Assembly: GCA_973895155.1 (NCBI GenBank)
Contig: OZ316897.1
Location: forward strand, 2,495,416 to 2,559,415
DNA: 64,000 nucleotides
Reading direction: 5' to 3'
Origin: Marsupella aquatica
Lineage: Eukaryota; Plantae; Marchantiophyta
Notes under the pieces: model-generated
What the model was told of the DNA's origin: nothing
Databases searched by the model: none
Seen by the model: the letters and a program-made list of their open reading frames with translations, nothing else
Position numbers and translations under genes: made by a program
Part shown: piece after piece, positions 54,939 to 64,000 of the stretch
How positions within the stretch are numbered: the stretch's first letter is position 1
How the letters are laid out: each line of letters starts with the position of its first letter

Positions 54939-57900
54939 ATGGCCGCGGTTCCAGCTACGATCGTCGGTGCTGCTCTCGGATCCGTTGCTGCGCGGCAGAG
55001 GGCTGCAACCCAGGTGTGGGTCTCGATTGGCGGCCACAGCGAGTGCTCTTTGAGAAATTCGAGGACTGTCTCGTGCCGTTCCCCAATTTATACCAGTTCT
55101 GGTGGGTTTCCGGTGCTCGTATCTACTGTAGTAGAAGTGGTCATTCAAACGAAGCTTTTCTGTGGTCGGCGTGACAAAAATGCTTGGTCTAGAATGTATG
55201 GCGTTGTCATCTGTTGGAGTCTAGGGTTTGTTCCACCATATAGTTCTCTGTGTTTCTACGTGTCTGCAATCTGTGTTGGGCCGTACGTACTGTACCATAG
55301 AAATTTGCTTTCAGAGTTAATGTTGTACGACGGTGAACAGTTTCCTTGATATAGAAACCTTGACGCGCCTTGGAAGCTTCAGACGTAGACCTCAGGTCCT
55401 ATGTATTTCTCTTGAGATTGTGGTGGAGGTATTTACGTTGAATGAGGACTGGTTCATGTGAGATTTGACGGTCTAAAGCCCACATGGTGCATAGCATGTT
55501 ATTTTTTCCCTTCGTTTTCGTCCCAAGAAGTGAATGCAACTTGTGTGGTGTCGGTTGCTTTGGTCGTATTGTGGCGTTTGGGTTGATAGATTTGCTGTTG
55601 GTCGGAGTTCCTGTACTCTACTTCTGGAGTATGTCATTGCAACTATCTAGGAGCTGGGGGGTCCTTTTCCTTTCCTTTGTCATTTATTTCGTCAGCATTG
55701 ATCGGCTATGTGAGAAGTTTGTCTACATTGCTTTCTTTTGTTGCAGAAGGTGTCACATGTGCTACGTAGTCAGACCTAATCTTGTAGTCCCTTGGGAGCC
55801 TCAGATCCAAACATTATCCCTTATCGCATATGCTATGTTAGTCTGTTTCCCTGGGTCACCCGGTATTTGTCTCTGCGAACAGATGGACGAACGGACGGAT
55901 GGAAGGAAGGAAGGAACTATTGTTCTTCTAGAGTCCTCACTAGCTCGAAAAAGGCTGGGAGGCTAGAGACTAGGGTGGAAGGTTACAATCACTCTTGTGT
56001 GACTGCCGGTGTCAGCATTGAGAAGGATGCTCCAGTACGACGAGCGTTTCTGCAGGTCAGTTTTTGTCCAGCACTTGGCCCCCGCTTATCACGTAGGGAG
56101 GCAAAAATAAGTACCTCGAATCTCCAAAGTCATGTGGACGTCTGAGGAAAGCAGTGTCTGCTATCACGATTCTTATCCTAGTTTTCAGTGTTTTCTTTCT
56201 GTTTTTTTGTCGTGCGAGTGACTTACTTCTCTTCTCCCACACACGGCCCTTCTAGAGAGATCAAGCTTCCATTGCTGCTTATGGCAACAATTTTTTCATT
56301 TTTGGAAGGATGCCCCTCATCCTTACTTTTACAAGCTTTCGTGTTTGCTGTGGTATCGTATAGACGTCATCTTTGTCTTGTTCTTCCAGTCACTCAACTT
56401 TTTGCACTTCTCTCTGTGCTCCTGTCATTTGGATGCAAAGGTTGAAGGAGTATGTTTCCGTCCTCCTGGGACACAATTCAATCTCCTGGACAAAGTGAGC
56501 ATGTCTCTTCCTGAAAATAGGTAATTTCTTCTAATTTTGCCCGAGTATTAGGGCTTCTATGAACTGCTTCACGACTTTTACCTTGTGGTTGCTGTTCTCT
56601 ACTCTAACTGAACTCGGACTTTTCTTCAAATATCCTAATTGAGCTCTGTTTCAATGAGAGTACATTTGTGAATCTGTGGATCTTATGTCTGTGTCATATT
56701 GACAGTAACACGCTATGATGTGAAGACAGTCTAGGTTTGGTGTATGGCCCGAGCGGGAGTGGCAAGACAACTCTTCTTCAGGCATGATCTTTTTGTCTTC
56801 TAAATGGTATTCCTTTAGCTTGTTTTTCCTCAGAACTCGATGTTTGTCCCCAGAACTCAATGATAATCTTTCTACAGTGTCCACTTAGGAGCCAGAGGAG
56901 CCTTTTGACTTTATTAACGTCAGACATACGGGCTTATTCAATATCTTCCAAAAATCAGCTTTAATTCTTGCACATCGGTCAAACAGGGTGATTTTTCAGT
57001 TGCCAATTGAAGCATGAGAAGGCCTTGTGAAAAAACGAACCAGTGACCTGCTTGCCAAACCTGTTCACAACTTTCAGTTTAATGCACAACTAAATGTGGA
57101 TGCAAGTATTTAACAAATGCACATGAAATCTAGTTTAATGTGATGCACCCGAAACTGAAGGACTTGAATATCATTGACAAATATGCTCTGAATGCAGGTA
57201 CTAGGTGGGTTAGTCACACCAACCGAGGGCTCAATCCACCTTGGGAGAAATGGGACTGACTTGAGTAAAAGTCCCTCCGGCCCTCTATCTTTGTCGGCTC
57301 ATGTGGGAATTGTATTCCAATTCCCGGAAAGGTACGGTGTCTACTTTAGTGAGGGATGAGGCCAACTTATTAACCCTGCTTTCCTGAATTCCTTTCAGTT
57401 TCTCTCTGAAATGTATGAGCTGTTAGTTTTAATAGCGATGACTCGTTCGTTTTGATTGTCCGACCAAGGTTGATAACGATTTTATTGTACCAAATTTCGA
57501 AATTTGCTGCAGATATTTCCTGACGGACACAATTGTGGAGGAGCTTCTCTTTGGGTATTCACGACAGACACCAGACCTACAATTGAGACACACACTGACA
57601 CTAAGACTGCAGACGGCTATCGTTGCTGTATGCTCTCTCTGGCTTCTTAAATGAGTTTCAAGATGTTTGAAGGCTTTTGGAATTGAATTACTGCAAATAA
57701 AGTAGATGCCTCTTGGTGAGGTCCATTGGATTGAAAGTTTCCTGAAAATTCAGTTTTACTGTTTTGAAGAATTTCGGGAACTTTCATTTGTTCTAGTGGT
57801 GGGCTTTACTACTTTCTGTGTTCATGTCGGCCATAGCTTAAACACTTTGTGAACCTGCAGGTTGGTCTTTCGGGCATGCCACTGGACATGAATCCGCGGG

Positions 57901-58650
57901 CACTGAGTGATGGCTACAAGCGACGTCTTGCACTGGCTGTTCAGCTGGTACGGCTCCATCTTATTTGTTCCCTGTCCTATCTTTGTGCAGGTCTAAATAC
58001 TTAATGCTAGGAAGATGGCGTGAGTTTGCTAACAAAAATTCGTTGGAGGAAGTTTTCTGGTTGGCATTTGTCTCCTTAATTAAACGAAGAAATCTCGCTG
58101 GTCTGACTCTTGTGCAGGTGAGAATGCCAGATGTCATGTTGCTTGATGAACCACTTGCAGGTCTAGGTAAGAAATGTCTCCTCTGATGCCCATGAGTCGG
58201 ACATATGGTTCTCACCGTACCTTGAAAAATCTGTGCGAAGCTGTCTTTGAGATAGTTTTATACTTTTCCTATTTTAATAGCATAGTTGTTAGATTGTCCC
58301 TGTCGGTAGATCGTATTTGTCTTGAGGGGTTTTGACATAACTGTACACTGAAACAGATTGGAGGGCAAGGGCTGACGTGGTCCGGCTGTTGTCAGCAATG
58401 AAAAAAGAGAAGACACTTATAGTAGTAAGCCACGATTTGAAGTAAGTTGGCCCTCCAATACTTACGTTTTGTTTGTGATCCTGAACGAGTAAATAAATGA
58501 TAGTCTTCAGCTGATGTTTCTGTGGCCTGACGTTGTTTTTCCCACTTATTTTTCCTCAGGGAGTTAAGTGGGTTAGTTGATAAGTCTTGGCGAATGGAAA
58601 TGGGAGGCAAATTGACAGAGCAGCCGTTTGATGGAGCACAGGGGATGTAA
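54939..58650 (+). CDS. ABCI11: plastid ABC transporter I family ATPase (ECF-type), multi-exon
   Basis: Exons encode VCFRPPGTQFNLL, LGLVYGPSGSGKTTLLQ (Walker A), VGIVFQFPER, LSDGYKRRLALAVQL, LLDEPLAGLDWRARADV, VSHDL and ELSGLVDKSWRMEMGG. This matches the ABCI11/NAP14 pattern. One GC-AG intron. Confidence 0.92.
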
Positions 58651-59518
58651 ACTTTAAGACACATATTTAGATTGCTTTAGTGAATATTATTTGTGGGCAA
58701 TAGTCTCAGGCCCATGGAAAGGTGATAAGTCTTGGAGGATGCAAAAGTCATGACTGTACTAGCACATTAATTTACATTGAACATCGACTAAAGAGAAAAA
58801 AGGATGTCTGCATTATGGAGCTTGGTATCGTGAATCTTATTCTCTTGGCTGGAATGGTCTCAAATAGGCGAATGCTACAGATTTTGAAGCGTCTGTGTTT
58901 GCCGCCTTTGTTCTCACATGAAAATCTTGGATGATGGGGTTTCATTTCTGCGGACGAAAGCTTCCTCATGAAATAAAATAGTTACGAGCTTGAAAGTTCC
59001 TGATTAGTTACGAGCTTGAAAGTTACTGATGCATCTGCTGTACTTGCTACTTCTTCCCACCCAAACTCTATGTCATGGCATGAGTTTGGACGATGGGAGT
59101 CGTAACGTCTTGTAAGAAGAAAATGCTGACCATAAAAACCCTTTCTTGAGTGGTATGACATGCTGACTAGAAAACGCCCTTTCTTGAGTTGTATGGGTCA
59201 TATTCCGTGTCCGTAGACTTCCACATACTTTTTGCATCTGGCGGTGGCTAGTCACAGCTAGTTTTCCTCAAGGACTACCCCAATCAATATTGAGATCCGG
59301 AGCTCTTGTAAAACCTCTGGATAATGCTAGTGATTTGTCAAGTATGAAACTTATACTTTTCATGCTTTGCAACATGACTTTCCACTTTTTAACTACCACG
59401 TTCACCCAAGTGCCTCGCTTTAGGCCACCCTCCACCCAGACACTTGAATGGCCTTCCGTTGTCACTTCAACATGTCAAATATGTATATATGAAATTAAAT
59501 ATGAATAAAAATGACTGT

Positions 59519-59583
59519 CAAATTTTAGGTGCCTTCACTTCGATAGTTCAAAATTTTAGGTGCCTTCACTTCGATAGTTCAAA
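59519..59583. repeat. 33-bp tandem duplication
   Basis: AAATTTTAGGTGCCTTCACTTCGATAGTTCAA occurs twice. Confidence 0.8.
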
Positions 59584-60091
59584 ACCTGCAAGACTTCTAT
59601 CGAATGAGAATGATCAACTACATCCACTAGGCTAGGTGACCATTAAACATTCTGATTGTCTTAGTTGAGAATGGTGGAAAACCATTATTGATTCCAGAGC
59701 AACTTTCTCAACTGTTCCAGGGAACCTTGCAGGCCATTGCGAAAGGAGCAGGAGGAAAGATTCACACTCATGAATGTAGGCATATCCATTCTTCTCCACT
59801 TGAAAATCTAATATGCCAGAAAAAATTCATCAGTTAAAGCCTTCAAAAGAAACGTTATTAGCTCCCAAAGCACTAAACATACTTAAGAAGACAACCACTT
59901 TCAAAAGCTGGCTTCGGGCAGAAGCCACCCCAATGGCATCAATTTGGAGGGACAGCCCTAATCCTCACGATATTAATTTTACTTTCTTCTTGAATAAACC
60001 CAGACAACACCCTCAAAAGTTAGTTGATATTGATTTCTTACCAGACTTCAGCTGGACAAAACACATGAGCAAGTTTCTTAGATCCGCAAGT

Positions 60092-63000
60092 TCACCGACC
60101 AGTTATCTCTGCGATAGAGATGCTCTCTTCCTTGGTCCGCTCAATCAACAGTTCCTGTAAAACCAAAGAACAATATATGTACTATTTATTGTGAGCGCAA
60201 AATCACAGGTTTTGGACTCAATCGCACTGAACTTCCGCAACAAAAAATATGAATGAACTATTGACATCCAGGAAAAGCTTACATGGATCTTTCGAGTTAC
60301 AAGTCCACATTCCTGCCAGAGTATTGCATAAGCCATGGTATCAGAGATCACAGATGAGTGTAGCCACACCTCTTTTAAGACTCATAAAACCTTCAGTATT
60401 CGATATCCAACAAAAAACAGTTCAGCAGCTATTGGGCCCTTTTATCCTGTACTTGTACATCTCTTCTGACAAAAGAAACCTGCTACCTACAATCTTACAC
60501 ATCTCATTCATTAAACCTCCTCCCATACCACAGGCTAATTCAAAGGCTGGAAGTCAACCTTGAGATGTTTTTAGTAAGGAATTTTTAAATGTACTTCACC
60601 TCCAACCCCAATCTTGTCCAGGAGTTTGCTGCCAGGTTCCAAGGAGTCAACTCGAAGGTCCTGATGGTTGGCATTTGGATCTCCACAACAGGTTGAAGTA
60701 TCCTTATACTACCTGCTAGGTATTAGGAGACCAACATGAAGACCTATATACTTTAGCTCTCAACGTGTATGGTCTAAGTCCTTTCATAGAAGATATACTG
60801 ATAAGAAATAAGTATCAATTAAGGAGTCTTGCTTCTCGAGTACTGACTGCCGATGAAAAGGTACCAAAAAACTAACAGCTTGCGGATTTCCACAACCACT
60901 AGCCTCCCTCCAAGTATGCGGTATGAATTTACTTGTTACAAATGCCTCCCTCCAAGTGTGACAGAAGCGCCAGGACGGTGCTACCTCACGGACAGGAATC
61001 CCTGACTCCCTGCATACCCTGCCTCACACCAAGGACAAAATCACTCAATTTCGAGAAACACCACCTTTAGACTTCGGGATCATTTGTAGAAGTATCAATT
61101 GGAAAGAGGTAGCTTGACTCATCCACTTTTCACAAACAAGCGCATTTCTTCGTTAAATTAACGATCATCGTCAAAGTCTCAGTGACGTAGATGGGAATTT
61201 TTTCTAGCAGGTTGCCATTGCGACAAAAGATTACCCTAGGAGAAGAAAGTGCTATCTCACAAAATTGTCCTTACAATCTGTTTGCGAGAGAGGCGGGATG
61301 GAGAACAACTGAAAATTGGTAAATACATTTGTGCCCTAGACCACGCCGAAGACCTCATGGACAATTTTCACATACTGAATGACCACACTTCTGATGACGC
61401 CTGGCAAAACCCCATCTTCCAATGGCGCAGTCTGCACTTCAAGACCATTCCAGGCATTCCCTGATTGTTCTTGTCCAATTTTACTCGTGGAATCCTCACT
61501 GTCCTGTGTCCTGCAGAGAGAAAAGTTGACAATAAACCTCCGAATTAGAATGTTCAGATGGTAGCATAGCTACCGTTTATGCTACGGAGTGTACATCCTA
61601 GGAGAATATGTGCTCAATAGTTTTTGCACCTGTGCAGAAGGGCAAAAGTAGCAGAAGGCACAATTTGGTCATACATCGAGTGAAAACATCAGGAACATAC
61701 CTTCTCGCCACAACAAAAAAGTTCGTTTGGGTGCCCTCTAGGAGCGAGTCCCCATCATTTGATAAAATGATCTCACTTGTACCAGCAGGCCGCACTCTCT
61801 CCAGTACTAGACGAGTGCTGCAAATTATGGGCCAAGGTCAGATCCAGTACTCTCTTTGCTACCAATCCGGGACCTACCAAAAGTTACTCATCCTCAATAA
61901 CGTCTTTCAGAATAATGCTCTGTAACTGAACTATTCAATCATTGAGAACACATTTACGAAAGTAATCCAAGTACAGAAAAATAATCGAAGTGAATTTCTC
62001 AGTGCAGAAGATAAGATATTGCAAAGAAAGCAACCAGCAGCTCCTTACACACACCCTAGGCTGAGGAAAGATTAACGAGCCCAACCTTGCCCAAAATGAA
62101 TTCTTAGCACGAGCCAGAGTGCGCCCAGGTCCCATTACTGCCACATTCGTCGCCATAGGCATTTTGCCTTCCCCCACAGCATTGTAATTTGAGGCGTGTA
62201 CATACACCTCGCAAGCAGATGGTGTCTGTGATGTGATCAAAAGACTTTTCAGAGGACGTCCCTTCAACTTGCAGACCAACCTCTAGATATGCACAAGATT
62301 ACAGCCAACCATCCATATATTTGATGTACAGTATCTTAGAAACAATGGAAAGAAGGTCATTTGTACCGGAGCAGCTTCAGTCAACCTGTTGTCACAAAGA
62401 AGAACAGTTAATGCAATCTCTTCCTCGGCTGTTCTCCGCTGCAGTGCTTCTGCAAGGCCCACCCTAACGGATGGTTGCACCAGGAGCTTGACATCCAGGT
62501 CCTGCCGGATTGAGGGATAGAGGTGTGGAGAAGCTGCAGTCAGAAGCTGCAGGGATTCAGTGAGTCGTGCCAGGTGCCTCTCCCACAGCAGTACGCTTGA
62601 AGCCCCACCAACTGTCCGGGTTGTAGTATACGCCCCTGTTCGTTACGTACATCGGTGTTAAAATGCTTCACGTCATACAAAATTTCTGTCACCAAAGGCG
62701 TGGTGAGAACTTCCGTCACTAGATCGTTCATTTATTGCATTGCGAGACCGCACAACGTAGCATATGCTGTAAGATATGAGAGCAGTACATATTACTTGTC
62801 ATTGATCGGTCAAACGAAACTTAAAACTAAGATGATGGACAGTATATCCAATGCGGATTCCAGATTGTTCAAGCTGACGGATCATAATGTAGCAAATTTG
62901 GATCTCTGCTGCCACTCAATTGGTGAGAGGCGAGAACACCTAACATTTCTACACACCATCTCCTGACGACGCCTTAGTTTTGCAAATACTTACATACGTC

Positions 63001-63308
63001 TCCGGGTCATGGACTAGTTGACAAATACCAAAGGGAGAGGTTACACACTTTTCATACTCTCTGTCCGAGATATGCAAACAAATCAATGATTTACTACGTC
63101 CTAGTCGGCCGCCATAAAGACTACCCTCACGTCATAGACACTTTCTAAGCATCAAAACTCTAGAATTCTTTCCAGTAACGGTGCCCCAATTTGTCGAGCC
63201 ATTTACTGTACCGGGTGCTTTTGATCGAAGGAACGCAGATGCGGGCCCAGGATTAGTCGGTACCACAGCCCCTCCTTTCACCAGCAGGCTCCATCCGTCA
63301 GCAGACAT
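60092..63308 (-). CDS. class IV PLP-dependent aminotransferase-like protein (D-amino-acid/ADC-lyase-like fold), multi-exon
   Basis: Exons encode GAYTT.R, VAVMGPGRTLARAKNSFWAR, EIILSNDGDSLLEGTQTNFFVV, VQTAPLEDGVLPGVIRSVVI, WREAFVTSSIRILQPV and a C-terminal ELLIERTKEESISIAEITGR*. Confidence 0.87.
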
Positions 63309-63639
63309 TTTCGTCCGCACTCTGTTCTTCCCACCGTCTATCGGTCTGTCCACATGACCACTTCCCTACACTCACTAGTTGATCGTCGGAGGTTGAATTG
63401 GCATAGCGTCGCACTAGACAAACAGATGCTGTGTGGGCATTCCGAACAGTACTACCGATTACGGAGGGGAGTTTTCGACCCACTTCTTTGGCTGAGGCGC
63501 TCGAACGCAAAAGTCATTACTGGGCCTCCTTATCGGACCCCACTGTACGCTTTCTCCACTTGTCCCGGATCCGCCATGCTCCCTCACTCTCCCTCACTTC
63601 CTGCTGTGACCGTCTAGACTTCAGACGGGGTGCATCACA

Positions 63640-63800
63640 GTCAAAAAAAATTTAGAAAGCTTGTAGGCGCTAATTAATAGGGGCAAAATCAAACTCACTA
63701 GTGAAACTCGCGAGTGCTCCCGAAAGAAGGCGAACGAAGGCGACGAACTTTTCTCTGACTACGAGGTAGGGTTTTAGGCAGAGGGTTTTAGGGCAGAATT
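63640..63800. promoter_or_regulatory. putative bidirectional promoter with telo-box-like AGGGTTTT motifs
   Basis: TAGGGTTTT at ~63767 and AGGGTTTTAGGG at ~63782, upstream of the aminotransferase and of a probable plus-strand gene starting at the window edge. Confidence 0.3.
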
Positions 63801-64000
63801 ATCACCCCCCTCATAAACAGAACAAATCGAGACACATTGATCTGGAGACGGAAGTCGAGGTGGGACATGAATTTAACGCAGTGATTGATGGTGTGGAGGG
63901 CGTGGCTGCACGGCGGAGGTGGACACAGGCCACACTTGTTTCGAGGCGGAAGAAGCTCCTGCATGAGCCTTAGCAATGGCTGGGTTGGCACGGAGGACAC

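Noticed and set aside
63788-64000. 70-aa minus-strand ORF at the window edge
   Set aside because: It is truncated and unrecognisable; more likely the 5' region of a plus-strand gene.

Overview
Eukaryotic nuclear DNA from a land plant with compact, intron-rich genes; probably a non-seed plant such as a bryophyte (inferred from gene style and a Replitron-like element, not proven). The conserved genes are a DUF4864-type plastid protein, proteasome ATPase RPT4, a COX14-like micro-protein, COX5B, ABCI11 and a class IV aminotransferase-like protein. The mobile elements are a very recent Ty1/copia insertion with apparently identical LTRs, a related solo LTR carrying an inverted PPT-region insert, and a decayed Replitron-like HUH-endonuclease transposon. 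An RPT4 intron holds a group II intron maturase fragment. The standout feature is at 7.9-20.2 kb: three paralogous two-exon genes in which a Ty3/gypsy Gag capsid-like first exon can splice in frame onto an intronless receptor-like-kinase domain with no signal peptide or TM helix. One kinase is probably active and two look like pseudokinases. This suggests a domesticated 'Gag-kinase' family, possibly an immune or retroelement-sensing module. All gene models are read by eye from splice signals and need transcript confirmation.
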